A model generated the notes under the pieces. The model was given only the letters and a program-made list of their open reading frames with translations. It was not told the origin of the DNA and made no database searches. Below are positions 13,020 to 25,440 of a DNA stretch of 47,711 nucleotides, in pieces. The position numbers and the translations under genes are program-made. Origin of the DNA: Rotaria socialis (lineage: Eukaryota); assembly GCA_905331295.1 (NCBI GenBank), contig CAJNYD010000022.1, positions 1 to 47,711 of the forward strand, given 5' to 3'. The first letter of the stretch is position 1. Each line of letters begins with the position of its first letter.

Positions 13020-13146
13020 NNNNNNNNNNNNNNNNNNNNNNNNNNNNNNNNNNNNNNNNNNNNNNNNNNNNNNNNNNNNNNNNNNNNNNNNNNNNNNNNN
13101 NNNNNNNNNNNNNNNNNNNTCTTTGCGTACAATACGCTCTTTCGAT

Positions 13147-13739
13147 TTTGTTGAGGAGAACGCTTACATTTTTCGAATTGTAGTTTGCGACAATAATTTC
13201 GGTTTTGTTGTCGCCATTGACATCGGCTGCTGTCACTTCGTATGGGCTAGCCCCAGTTAAATAGGTCTTTTGAGCACCAAACATGCCGTTGCCTATGTTG
13301 AGGAGAACACTGACATTGTTCGAACCGGAGTTTGCGACAATAATGTCTGTTTTGTTGTCGTCATTGATGTCGACTGCTACCACAGAGTCTGGCGAACTGC
13401 CAGTTGAATAGGTCTTTTGAGCACCAAATGTGCCATTGCCTGTGTGGAGGAGAACACCGACATTATTCGAACCGAAGTTTGCGACAATAATGTCGGGTTT
13501 GTTGTCGCCATTGACATCGGCTGCTGTCACTTCGTATGGGCTAGCCCCAGTTAAATAGGTCTTTTGAGCACCAAACGTGCCGTTGCCTGTGTTGATGAGA
13601 ACACTGACATTGTTCGAACTGGAGTTTGCGACAATAATGTCTGTTTTGTTGTCGCCATTGATGTCGACTGCCTTTAGAGAGTCAGGGTTAGAGCCCGTTG
13701 AATAGGTTACTTGACCAGTAAATAGAGTACTACATTGAC
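13147..13739 (-). CDS. FG-GAP/VCBS repeat protein exon, copy B
   Basis: Open frame GQCSTLFTGQVTYSTGSNP... with four AVDINGDNKxDIIVANxxSNNVxVLLNxGNGxFGAQKTY units. Runs toward the gap at 13020-13119. Confidence 0.82.
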
Positions 13740-14739
13740 CTATTCCGAAACAAAAATAATGTTTCTAGCACCTGTATAATTATGCAGAAGTACTGTCTCA
13801 TCACTGCGATTCTACTAATGAATGGCTGCATCCCGATCAGGGCCGGCGATACGGGGACTGAATGATGTCCCTCAGTCTTGGAAATGTTTCTGTTTCCCGG
13901 CGGAGTTGAATACTTTCTCACATTTTTTATGGTTTCTATGGCAGCCCTATCACCTGAGAAATCGATGAGCTCCACTCTCAGCCCTCACCTCTTTCTGCAG
14001 CGGTTCTCTCTTAATTCATTCTTTATTTGGTGTGGTGATGCAGCCTCAAATGTTTTTCTACTGAAACTCAACTGAATCAATCTTGGACTCGATCGAGACA
14101 GCAAACGATGTGAACTCCTCCTCAACCGAACTCACCAGATTTTTCCTTAGCTGCAGGTAGTTGAATAGATGACAGTATGTCTCCAATGAAAAAGGATGAG
14201 AAAATTCTTCGATTCAATTGGACAAACCAATGGTCAATTCAACAAGCGTCTTATAACTTTTTTCAAAAAATAGGCTTGCATCTACTTAAAGGAAGCTCAT
14301 TCCCTCCGTAGAAGGACCACCCTCAAGATGAAAGAAAGAAGGTAGACAAGACAGAGGGGAGGACAGGGCAGAGGAATTAGAAAGAACTTTTGTGACAAGT
14401 TAGTACTATCCATTTCAAAATACAGTTGATGGTCAGTGTACCTTGAATAACTCTAGAACTGAAGTAGTTAGCCTAACTACTGACTGTAAAAGATTTAGTT
14501 AGGTGTACTAATTGCAGTTAGACTAACTTAACTACAACAGCCACGCTTACTAAGGAAGATTTTTCTTAATATTTGAATTCGAATAGCGGATCAGTAAATT
14601 CCTTTTTGTTCGGTAGCCTCTGGAAAATGAAGCAATTGGTGTTGACTTTCTTCGATCTTTTGCGTTTACGCGGAGAGGGTGTGGGTGTGGGTGCGGGTAT
14701 TGGCTAAAAAAAGATTCATAACCATACCCACACCCTGTA

Positions 14740-16120
14740 CTGGATATCTCAACAGCGGAAGTTCGTGACGTCGATTTCCGCTATTTAGCAATCAATAAAG
14801 AGAAATTAAATGATTTGTCGTTAGCTGGTGTCTTTCTATGGAATGCGAAATTTACAAGGATAGAGATTAGTCGCAGCAATTTCTCAGGCGCTCAGATAGA
14901 CAATGTCAGTTTTTCATCGACCCAACCCGAAAATGTCGACTTTACCTTTGCCACAATAAACAATGCCTACTTTTTATCAGCTGAGTTGGGAAAGATCGAT
15001 CTTTCATTCAGCTCGATTTGTAATGCCAATTTTTCATCCACCTCTCTCATCGATACTCATTTATCGAATGCCCGATTGGGGAATATAGATTTTTCAATGT
15101 CAGTTTTGCACATACACGCCTCTTCAATGTTGTGCTTGAGTTCGGTACACTCCATGAGATCGACTTTTCATTTGCGAAGCTCAGGGATCCTGTTTTCATC
15201 CTTGTGCAGCTCGTTCATGTCATATTTTCATCAGCTGTGCTACATGATATTCAGAAACGTTTTACTTTTTTTAGCAAAAAGCTATGGACAAATTCAACTT
15301 TTAGTGTCAGCCAAGTCCCGCGAGAGCCAAATATCGAGCGCAAATTTCACACAAGCGGATTGCCGGGGGGCTAACTTCAGCTCTGCAGATTATTCGACCC
15401 AAGCTTCTCGTTTGGCAATATGAAATATTGTTCCTTTGAGAGATGTACTCTGGACAACGCTAGGTTGCAGCATGCCAATCTGTACAAGACTAATTTCCTA
15501 AACGCTGGTATTCAAAACAGCGATCTACAAGATGCTATGTCTATCCAAGACGCTCGAATATCCAATGAACCAGTCGCACGCAATATGAACTTGATTAGTA
15601 ATGGCCATGCCGACTGCAATAGCTCTCGCGTGGACGGTGAGACAGTGATGAGTGACAATATCTCCACAACTGCACTTCACGAAAATACCCGAGACGGTTG
15701 CCGCTTCGTTCTGCACTCAGGCAGCGACATAGCTACAATGGTTCAAAACGTCAATTTATTCATGTGGGATTCCAAGTCTTGGCCAATGTCTCAGGCCGTA
15801 TTAAGAGTACGATTTGGCAGCGGTATATCCATCAAACTGAGAGGAATATACAATAACAATCAGGGTTGTGTCTGGCAAACTAATAGTATGTTTTATTGAT
15901 CGAGCATTAAATAGCTGCTTTTGGTTCATCTGTTGTGAACAGGTTCGTCTAACGAGAGCGTCAATATGTATTTGAATGACGAAATGCAAACACTAGAAGT
16001 TTCCATCAAATTTCGTGCATTACCCAATCAAAGCAATAATTCTAGTTCGTGGTGTGAGGATATCGAGCTCTTCATCATCTACGGCACATATTCGGGATTT
16101 AATCAAGGGAAGTATTAACT
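14740..16120 (+). pseudogene. Pentapeptide-repeat protein gene, frameshifted and 5'-truncated
   Basis: Pentapeptide arrays (SNFSGAQID, ANFSSTSL, ANFTQADCRGANFSSAD, ARLQHANLYKTNF) are spread over ORFs 14815-15423, 15132-15374 and 15420-15899 in different frames, followed by an NLISNGHADC domain. Confidence 0.75.
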
Positions 16121-16831
16121 CAATCATCATCTGAAGAAAGCTGAGAGTCTATATTTGGAATATGAGAACATATTGAGGATGTAGGTGTGAGTATATGAAA
16201 AGCATATCTATATAAATGCCCACACCCTCTTATCTCATCTTTCAGTTTATGGGTGAGTGAATCGCTATACGATGAACGTTACTTGTATATATACAAAGTT
16301 CAAATATAGGCATCCTAGATTTTTTATCCTGTTTGTCAAATGACTCACACTAAATTTCACGGGATGAAAAACGTTCGTTTTATAAGCAGAAATGTCATGT
16401 TTTCCAGTAGCGCCAGCATTTTACTTTCTGTTCAAAATTTTGATTGAGACCTAATCATTCTTTCTGATTATTTGACTTCATTCATATGCACGGCCAGGGA
16501 CGAAAAAAGGGTCGTTCACATTCATTCATAGTGACTGCCAACTTTGAGTCGGAATTGAAATCCGAACAAATTAAATGCTTTCCTTTCGTCTTATCTCCTC
16601 GCCACCACACTTATCGTGAAAACAATCTATCAATTAGAAGCGTGGTAAAACCCTTCTTTGTGCATTTTAATTATAACAGAGAGAGGGGGGAGTAGAAGAA
16701 TATCGCCCTCATAGGATCTATAGAAATCATTGTATTCGGAACTCATCTCTTCTGCACACTGGTAAGGAGGAAGACAAACGTCATTTTTGTCTCTTGCTGC
16801 GATGTTCTCGAGCGCCATTTTCGTGTTCTAG

Positions 16832-17195
16832 TTATCCCGAACATTCCACTAAACGTCAAATGGACACAGGATGGCGCCAGTGTAGCTGGCAGCAGTGGAC
16901 AGGATAGTAGAGTAAATCAGCTCAATAAACTGTACGGCCTTTATGTAGATGATAATCAAACTGTCTTCATCGCTGGCACATGGAATCATCGTAATATGGA
17001 ATGGAAGTCGGGCGCAACAAGTGGCCAAGTGGTGGCTGGTGGCAATGGACCAGGAAATCAGCCTAATCAGTTGAACTTTCAAGTAGATGTAATTGTTGGC
17101 AAAGAGACAGACAGTCTCATCATTTACAGTCGAGGGAACCAACGAGTGGTACGATGGTCTCGTCGAAGTCGAAAAAAATGGAGAAACCATCATTG
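16832..17195 (+). pseudogene. NHL-repeat (beta-propeller) protein fragment
   Basis: After acceptor TTCTAG: IPNIPLNVKWTQDGASVAG...QLNKLYGLYVDDNQTVFIAG.WNHR.MEWKSGATSGQVVAGGNGPGNQPNQL...GNQRVVRW. Frameshifts and stops abruptly at a G-rich tract. Confidence 0.8.
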
Positions 17196-17259
17196 GGGTG
17201 TGGGGGGGAATGTCTTCTACTACTTTCCTTCATACATACACTTACACTATATCGTGGTC

Positions 17260-17590
17260 GTAGGTTCATTGGATTCCCTGACTTCAGTGACTTCTCTGAG
17301 TTCCTTGAGTTGTTTGGAGTCTCAGAGTTTCTCGGATTCCTCGACTTCCCTGAGTTCCTTGATTTCCCAGAGATGCTTCACGTGTTTTCGTTTCAGATCG
17401 CTCGTTGTAGCTTATTTATTTTTGAGTTTCAATTCGCGAAGAGTTCCAGACTTCTGGGAACTTGACCACGTCTCATGGTTCAATGTTATAAGTAGAGTTG
17501 AATGTGATAACTAGGGTTGAATGTTATAACTAGGGTTGCAGGTTATAAACAGGGTGAAATGTTATAGCTACGGTTGAATATTACCACAGA
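17260..17590. repeat. Short tandem arrays (9-bp and ~19-bp units)
   Basis: (TTCCTTGAG/TTCCCTGAG)-like 9-mers at 17260-17370 and GGGTTGAATGTTATAACTA-like units at 17495-17590. Confidence 0.6.
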
Positions 17591-17778
17591 ATTTACTTTT
17601 CGACTTAAAAGTTCATCGATTATAACACAAAAGTCATAACTCGAATTATAAATGAGGCAGTTTTAACCCCCACAGTGGTCAATACTCCATAAGATATCAA
17701 CATGTTACAAATTTATGCTAACTAATATGTTAGAGCTCATTTATAATGGCGTAGCTATTGTTAGGTCCGAATGAAAAG

Positions 17779-17864
17779 GAGGGGTGAACCATTTAATTTA
17801 ATGCGAGTTAATTAACGGTTTTAGTTAAGGTTAATTTTAAATTAACGTAAGCGTACCATTCCTG
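17779..17864. mobile_element. Short degenerate hAT-like MITE
   Basis: Ends GAGGGGTGAAC / GTACCATTCCTG. Flanked by ATGAAAAG / ATGAAGAG (8 bp, one mismatch). TTAA-rich interior. Confidence 0.5.
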
Positions 17865-17993
17865 ATGAAGAGCCGAATTCTTTTTTATGTGCTTACCGTT
17901 ATCCAAAAAGCTAAATATGTGTGCCATTGAAATTTCTGCTAATCACTTTCTAGCTTACAATATTAATTGAACGTTGAAAAGCAATAGTATTAC

Positions 17994-18200
17994 CTGACAC
18001 CATGCTTGTTGTCATGCTAGTAGTTGTACTAGCCATTCTGTCGGTTGTACTAACCATTCTGTTGGTTGTACTAATCATTCCGCCGGTTGTACTAACAATT
18101 CCGTCGGTTGTACTAACCATTCTGTTGGTTGCACTAACCATTCTGTTGGTTGTACTAACCATCCCGTCGGTTGTAATAATCACTTCATCGGTTGTAGAGC
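17994..18200 (-). CDS. Thr/Ser-rich (mucin-like) exon with 21-bp repeats
   Basis: (STTDGMV/STTNRMV)n, bounded by acceptor ATTATTAG and donor G|GTAATA. A possible signal-peptide exon MQASLF...WISIYILIFT|GTAAGT lies at ~18337-18417. Confidence 0.5.
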
Positions 18201-19116
18201 CTAATAATTAGATTCAAACAGTTATTGGTTCATATAAAATAGGCAGCATCGCAGTGAAAAAAATCATATTTGTTTCAGTTAAAATTATTAGCAATTAGGA
18301 CTCGAATTATCACGAGACTCATCAAAATCCACTTACAGTAAATATCAGGATATAAATACTGATCCATAAGCTGCAAGAGAATTCCCAGTTTCTGTTGTGA
18401 AACAGACTCGCTTGCATCACACGAGTAATATTTAATTTCCTTAATGATTAATAAAGAATATAAATAGTTCGGACTCTAAATCGACATTTTAAGATTCTAT
18501 CTAATTTCCTTAATTTTCATGATTCTTTCAGAGTTTTTGAGTATGCCAATGGGTCTTCGTAAATCTTGAAAACAACTACTATCTTAATTAATGTGGAGAA
18601 TGATGACTTCGTAGAAAACTAATACATTCGCATGTTTCCATCTGTTGTTGGTTAAATCAATCAACAATGTTCTAGATAAATCCATTGAAAATTCTCTGAT
18701 AAAATGTTCTGGGTGCTGCTTGAATATTCTTCAAATAAAGCTATAGCTGCCAATACGATTCTTTTAAATGATTTTATCAAAGTTTATGGAAATACCTACA
18801 CAGCACTGTAAAGAAATCGATGAACTTTCTTTTTTTTTTCATAGGCTGTTTATAATATAGCTTATCTATGAGCTATCAAAAACAAACAGCTTGATACAGT
18901 ATGTAAACATATAGACTCCTAGAATATGCATAAAATAATTACTTGATATAGCTGCTTCAACTATTTTTGTCGATTCCTGAATGGATGGTAACTGTAGAAA
19001 ATAGAATGTACTGTTCNNNNNNNNNNNNNNNNNNNNNNNNNNNNNNNNNNNNNNNNNNNNNNNNNNNNNNNNNNNNNNNNNNNNNNNNNNNNNNNNNNNN
19101 NNNNNNNNNNNNNNNN

Positions 19117-19788
19117 CATTAGAAGACAGATGTGCGTCTTATTGGGAGAAGTACTTGGTAGCTTTAGCCGATTCTGTTGATGGTGAACTTCTACTAGAAA
19201 AAGCAAATCTGAACGTTCTCAGGACGGCGTGGACTCATGGTGAATTTCCCATCAAAGGTCTAAGACGTTGGAAGAGACTCATCGAATGCACTTCGATTCT
19301 AGAGAAAGCAGTATCATGGTTGACAACAGTCCCCTGCTCGTCCTCTATCCCTTTCTATGACATTGATGAGGTACAGCTCCTGCAAGAGCATCCCGAAACA
19401 TTTTTATTTACGAGTCCAAGTCCAAGCGCATAAATGTTCTATGAACTCGGCGTAATCGTCTTAATGGGCAATCTCAAATTGGGCAAAAAAAATCTTTCTA
19501 TTCTTGCCATATGAATTCCACGTATGTTAATGAAATCAATTTACCCACTGGTTGTTCTCTCCTGTATCTTCTTCTTTCGACCGCGTGAAATGGTATGGTC
19601 GTGGTCTTCTTCTCTTCGTTACGTTACTTAATTTTTTCATACTGTTATCGTTCTTTATCTTTGTCTTTATCTTTTTCTTTTTCTTTTTTTCATTTCTTTT
19701 TCCCTTTCACTGTTTCATCTTCTCCTCATTAACATTGTACTGCAAGGATCAATTCGATCACAGTGTCAGCAAAATATTAAAAAAAAAA
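19117..19788 (+). mobile_element. Probable 3' end of a non-LTR retrotransposon
   Basis: ORF tail LEDRCASYWEKYLVAL...LRRWKRL...ILEKAVSWL, then a pyrimidine-rich 3' UTR and A10 joined to MULE intron 1 (A4 in copy 1). No RT motif is visible because of the adjacent gap. Confidence 0.5.
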
Positions 19789-21460
19789 TCATTTATCAAT
19801 TAAGCTCGATGTCATACCAATTTATCCATGGATGCATTTCTCTCACTACCAACATCACATTGTCATGCTCCACAACCTGATTGTGTTCCAGCTATCAAAT
19901 TAAAAAATGAAATTAAAGCTCGTGCTGCAACAACAGATGAATCAACTAGTACAATTATTCATTCAGCCTTATGTACCTATCCACTGAGTGCTGCTGGTCA
20001 ACTTCCAAAAAATGAATCACTTATGCTAATGATTCGACGACAACGTACTACTGAAACAGTCGATGCCAATGGTCGTTTACCAGAGAAGTTGAGAAAAACT
20101 TATCATGACGAAGACTTCATCATGCACGACGACAAAAAATTAATTATCTTTACAACGAAAACTAATTTATCTACTCTGAAGCAAAACAAACATTGGTTCG
20201 CTGATGGGACGTTCAAAGTAAATTATCAATCAAATTTATCTTTTCTTCTCCAATTTTCTTTCATGTAGGTGTGTCCCGACGATTATTATCAACTCTTCAC
20301 ATTACATGCGATGATGACGAATGCAATCATTCCTCTCGTCTATGGGTTATTAATTGGTAAAAGCGCTGATGATTATAATTTATTCTTTGAAAAAGTATTA
20401 AAACAAGACAATTTTCAACCTGAATCAATCATGACTGATTTCGAAGCTGGCACAATCAAATCAGTCAAAGATATGTTACCAATATTTTACACAAAGGTAC
20501 GTTGTAGTTTATAAAAAGAAGTATAATTGAAACTTTTTTATAGGATGTCTCTTTCGTTTTTCACAAGCGGCATGGCGACAAGTTCAAAGCAAAGGATTAA
20601 CAACCAAATATAAAGAGGATGAGGTTTTTCGTTTAAATGTAAAACAATTAATTGCTCTTGCTTTTGTTCCATTAGATCAAATTATAATTGGCTTCGACTT
20701 GATTTGTGATCTATTCGACGATGACGCCGACGATTTACTCGAGTATTTTGAAAAAACACGGATTGGTGAACCGAAAAGAAGAGATAATTTTTTTTCTCTA
20801 TTTTTAATAAATTTCAAATATACTTGTTTTTTTAGGAACTGGTCGAAAGAAGCCTCAATTCGATCATAAATTATGGAATATTCATGATCGTGTCGTCGCT
20901 ACTGTACCTCGATCCAACAATTCGGTTGAAGGTTGGCACAATGCTTTCGCTAGTCGCGTCGCAATAAGCCATCCAACTATCGTGAAACTGGGAGAGAAAA
21001 TTCGTCGTGAACAATCAAAATTTGAAGTGGGCATGGCGAAGATTCTTCAAGGCCACAATATCAAGACGAAGAAAGCCTGCTATCGAAAATTGGACGAGCG
21101 TATTACTCGACTGGCCAACTCATTCGATCCAACTCAACTGGATCAATTTTTAAAAAATATGGCAGCTAACATTACTCTTTGGGTATTTTTTTTCTTTAAA
21201 TTACTTACTTTCTTTAAATTATTGTTTTTCTTTAGGCTATTTTCTTTTCTTCTTTTCTTTCTCAATTAGTTCATTATTATGTTATGTATTATTCACAAAA
21301 TAAACAAATATTAACTCATCAATTTTTATCTTTCAATAAAAAAAAAGAATTAATTAAGAGAGAAGATGCAATGAATGGATAGAGCTGTGCATAGCGAAAT
21401 AAATTTATCTGTGACGAAGTGAAAGCAACGAAATGTCGTGCGACGATGTGTGCGGTCACC
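19789..21460 (+). pseudogene. MULE transposon copy 2 (5' part missing; transposase disrupted)
   Basis: Motifs HWFADGTFK|VCPDDYYQLFTLH, IMTDFE and RSNNSVEGWHNAF. Frameshift near 20480 and CxxH changed to CLFR. Terminus GGTCACC at 21460. Confidence 0.85.
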
Positions 21461-21940
21461 GTAACGGTCTGTGATGGGAAAATAAGGGGTGGACAACATC
21501 CCGTAAAATTGCGAAATGGTTCAATAACTAGCAGAAATACTTTACCCATAATAAAGCCAAGGAGAAATCGATCAATTATCTACAAAAAGCATTTTTGTTT
21601 TTGTGGAACTCACATATATTTTCGAAGGGAATGGTGAGTGTAAGTTTAAAAGCGAGATTTGTGCGGATCCCCAATCCCCTCCCCATTACAGACACTAATG
21701 AGTTTGAAATTGTGCTAATTAGGGGCATCAATAATTAGGCTGCTACTTCTCTCTTTTTTAATTACAGACCATAGTAACTAACTTATGGTACCATTACACG
21801 CCATAGAAACTAGTCTCTGCCATTGTTAAATATACAAGTTAACAATTAGTATTCCACTACACACAAAAGCAAATAGGCAATAACCTAATTATAGGTTTTG
21901 GAAATCAAGGTAGATTTTTCATATGAACTATTTTGAATTA

Positions 21941-23569
21941 CAGTATGGTGCATAATTATAAGACCACTTGTTTTAAAATTAAGCTTAATGAAATAAATAC
22001 TATTTCGAGTGATTTGACATATATGAGTCATAAGAATGTTGCCATAAAATTTTCAAGCACTAATTCTTTCGTTTTCATATATATGTAAAATTTCCTCCAT
22101 TTTTGTGGTGCATAATTATAAGACCACGTGATGGGTTTACAGTAAGAAACGAATCACGAGTCAATTTAAGTAAAATTAACAAATCAGATAACATTTAACA
22201 TTTACGCTAAAGTATGCCCAAAGCCATATAATTGACGGAAAGCGAGAAAAGATCTGCTTTAGACCTACACCAGAAAAACAAGTCTCATCGATATATTGCT
22301 GACAAAATTAACCGATCGAAGACTGTGATAAGCAATTTTTTGAAAGATCCACTTAAATATGGCACACGAAAACGAACAGGTCGTAGAAAAAAGGTCGATG
22401 AACGCACCAAGCGGCTTATTTTAAGAACTGCTAGTAACAAGTCAATATCTTGAAAAAAATGAAAAAGAAGCGGTCTCCTGCTTTAACAACAGCACACAAG
22501 GATTTACGATTAACCTGGACCAAAGATCATATGACTTGGAATAAAGAATGCCATAAAGTCGTTTGGTCGGACGAAAAATTTTTTTTATTTGGATGGCCCC
22601 AATGGTTTTTCTTACTATTGGCATGATCTACGTAAAAAAGAAGAAATATTTTCAACTCATGCTCAAGGTGGTAGTAGTGTTATGATTTGGGCATCGTTTC
22701 GCTGGGGTAGTAAGAGCTCGACATGCTTCATAAATGGGCGAATGAATTCAAACGGATACCGAGAAGTACTAAAAAATCATCTAGTTGATATTGGCAATGC
22801 TGTTGGGGGATCTGATTGGATGTTTCCACAAGATACTGCACCGGTTCATCGGGCAGAAGTCAATCTTGCTTGGTTCAAGTCGCAAAAATTAATGTTTTAC
22901 CGTGGCCCTCATTATCTCCCGACTTAAACCCCATCGAAAATCTGTGGGGAATATTATCGAGNTCAAACGGATACCGAGAAGTACTAAAAAATCATCTAGT
23001 TGATATTGGCAATGCTGTTGGGGGATCTGATTGGATTTTTCAACAAGATACTGCACCGGTTCATCGGGCAGAAGTCAATCTTGCTTGGTTCAAGTCGCAA
23101 AAATTAATGTTTTACCGTGGCCCTCATTATCTCCCGACCTAAACCCCATCGAAAATCTGTGGGGAATATTATCGAGGAAGGTTTGTGCTGAAGGAAAGCA
23201 ATTTAGAACGAAAGAACAGTTAAAAGTTGCCATACTCCAATCGTGAAAAGAAATTAGCATTGATCAACTTCGAGATTTAGTCAAATCAATGCCTGATAGA
23301 TTATTTAAAGTTATTAAGTTACATGGTGCGAAAACACGATATTGATCGGCATTTTGAATTCGTTTTTTTCTATTTCATTTACAGTGGTCTTATAATTATG
23401 TACCATAACAAACCACGAAACCTCAGAAATCAATGAAGAATAATTGGTAAAATCTTGAATACTTCCCTACTGTATACATATGACTCAATACCCTTAATTT
23501 CAAAGAATTAGCTCGATCTGATTTTTCTAAGTGCTAAAACTAATGGTCTTATAATTATGCACCAGACTG
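21941..23569 (+). mobile_element. Tc1/mariner (Tc3-like) transposon with IR/DR ends
   Basis: 26-bp TIR CAGT(A/C)TGGTGCATAATTATAAGACCA and TA TSD. Inner copies of the motif at ~22106 and ~23385. Empty site present at ~12175 and ~37682. Confidence 0.93.
22214..23345 (+). pseudogene. Tc3-like DDE transposase pseudogene
   Basis: HTH segment INRSKTVISNFLKDPLKYG, then WSDEK, LDGPNG..YYWHDLRK, FQQDTAPVH and WPSLSPDLNPIENLWG. Early stop, internal deletion and frameshifts. Confidence 0.88.
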
Positions 23570-23884
23570 TATTTTAGTAAGCCTAAAGGATATATGTGAG
23601 TTCCACATTTTAGCCCCGAAGGGGCTGCGCTAATAAGCTTTTTCTCACTATAAGGGAATTTCTCAAGGAAAAATTGATATTTTACATAGTACAGGTGGTT
23701 TATTTACAAGCAGGAATATATGAACCATATCCCTTCATTCCAGCAGAAGTTAATAACAGACAAGGAGAAATCGATAAATTATCTACACAAAACATTTCTT
23801 GTTTTTCACTATAAGGGGATTTCTCTCGAAGAAATGAACGTTTTTAATAGAAATGGTTTCTTTTGAACGTGAAATGAATAAGCC

Positions 23885-24086
23885 TGTTATGTCAGGACAT
23901 ATCTGTCCTGTCATAAGTATGTTCTCTCTTCTTCTTTCTGTTTCATTCTCTCACGTTTACAATCATTCCATTCTTCTTCTCTTATCTATTCTATTTAAGT
24001 GAGTGTTAATGTTTAAAGAAGGGGGATTATTTCTGGTGAAAATATAATAAGAAGAAGAAGGCGAAATAAAGAAGAAGATTGTAACA
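23885..24086. mobile_element. Solo LTR (202 bp)
   Basis: TGTTA...TAACA ends with perfect 5-bp TSD AAGCC. Absent from the duplicate segment (GAATAAGTCATAT at ~12322). Confidence 0.82.
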
Positions 24087-25159
24087 AAGCCATATCACCG
24101 TATATTAGGAACAGTCTGTACTGTATATCGTGTTGCATGGTGAAAAGTTGTTCTGTTAGTGATATGTGGAATCCAAGAGTTAATCTTATGCTGAGGTTGT
24201 GTTTTTGTGAGTGAAAATGGAGGCGCTCTTGAGAAAAATCGTGGGTAAGTGCGGAATAATTGCGGAGGGTAGGGTGTCTTGAAGCGGAAAATATGCAGCT
24301 GATGATTGTCATGAGATTGCAGTATTAGTTTTCAGTGGAGTAATACAGTTTTATGGAATAAGAAAATTCCTTCATTTGCAGGCTTTTTTATGCATATGTT
24401 ATGGTTACGAGTGCTATTAAAAAGACTTTCGTTTGGTTCAAGTTAAGGATGGTGTGAATTTTTTATTTCTTACATGTTGCGTTTTTTTATCTAGGGCTTG
24501 TGAAGAAATATTATTCAGTCCAAATTTTCTTTTCTTCGACAGAATGGAAATAGTGGTATAAATAGTAATATGGCAGAGGAAAAACGCGTTAAAACGGGGG
24601 CGAAGAATTTACATTTATTTATAGAAAGGATAGAAGACTATATTGAAAGGCGCCTTTTCTTTATTTCTAGTCATAGGTGTTGAATATCTCGATATATGTT
24701 TAGAACGGAAACATGTTTATGTACGTGTATATCTTTGATCATCTTACATAAACAGAATGAAAAGAAAATAATTTTTGCCTGGACGACATTTTTCTGCTTG
24801 AGATTTCCTAGGTTGGCTAAGAGTTCTTGAATTCCAAGCCGTAGTGAAACTATATACCAGGATTTATAATTCAGCAGCAAACAAAAACTATCGTTACTAC
24901 TATAATCATTTCAATCAACTTGAAATCGAAATAGCCTTTAATTGTTTGCTGAAATATTTAACTAAATTATAATCACATCAGTAAACTGTTAATCATCATT
25001 AGAAGAAGAATCTTGAACATATTTTCAAACTAACTGATGAATTTTTAACAATAATCTTCCAAAACCAAATATAGGTTCGGCGTATTTTTTTATATCTTGC
25101 GAAATTAAACGTTGTCTTCAAAGATGATTTTCTGTGTTTCTGTATAAAAAGCTGTTAGC

Positions 25160-25440
25160 GGAATCCCTGTGGGATTAAAGTGTGAAACACGATGAAACTT
25201 CTTTTCTGGAATTCGTCTATCACGGTCACTGATGGTCTGTGAAGCTTCTGTGTCACGGTCTGTATTATGATGTATGAAGTCTCTAGAAATCATCACAGAC
25301 CGTTACAGAGAAATTTAATAATAATAAATTGATTAATTAACCAATTAGTTGATTAATTAATTTCTCTGGAATGGTCTGGGGGGGGGTCTAAATTTCTACC
25401 CTATATACTTCAACACTCCTTTCAGATCGTGTTTCACAAA
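25160..25440. repeat. Foldback-like repeat with related pieces at ~7300 and 27408-27483
   Basis: Inverted TGTGAAACACGAT / ATCGTGTTTCACA, and CAGACCGTTACAGAGAAATT / AATTTCTCTGGAATGGTCTG. Confidence 0.45.

Noticed and set aside
17495..17590. CRISPR-like regular repeats here and at 33560-33780
   Set aside because: Tandem degenerate units without unique spacers, in a eukaryotic context with no cas genes.
17861..17935. Hammerhead ribozyme core CTGATGA
   Set aside because: No stem II/GAAA pairing. The sequence is explained as a MITE end plus TSD.
22748..23175. Tandem 215-bp duplication inside the Tc3-like transposase
   Set aside because: Near-identical copies joined at a single N, most likely a contig-overlap artefact. 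The Ns at 5939 and ~29567 are similar.
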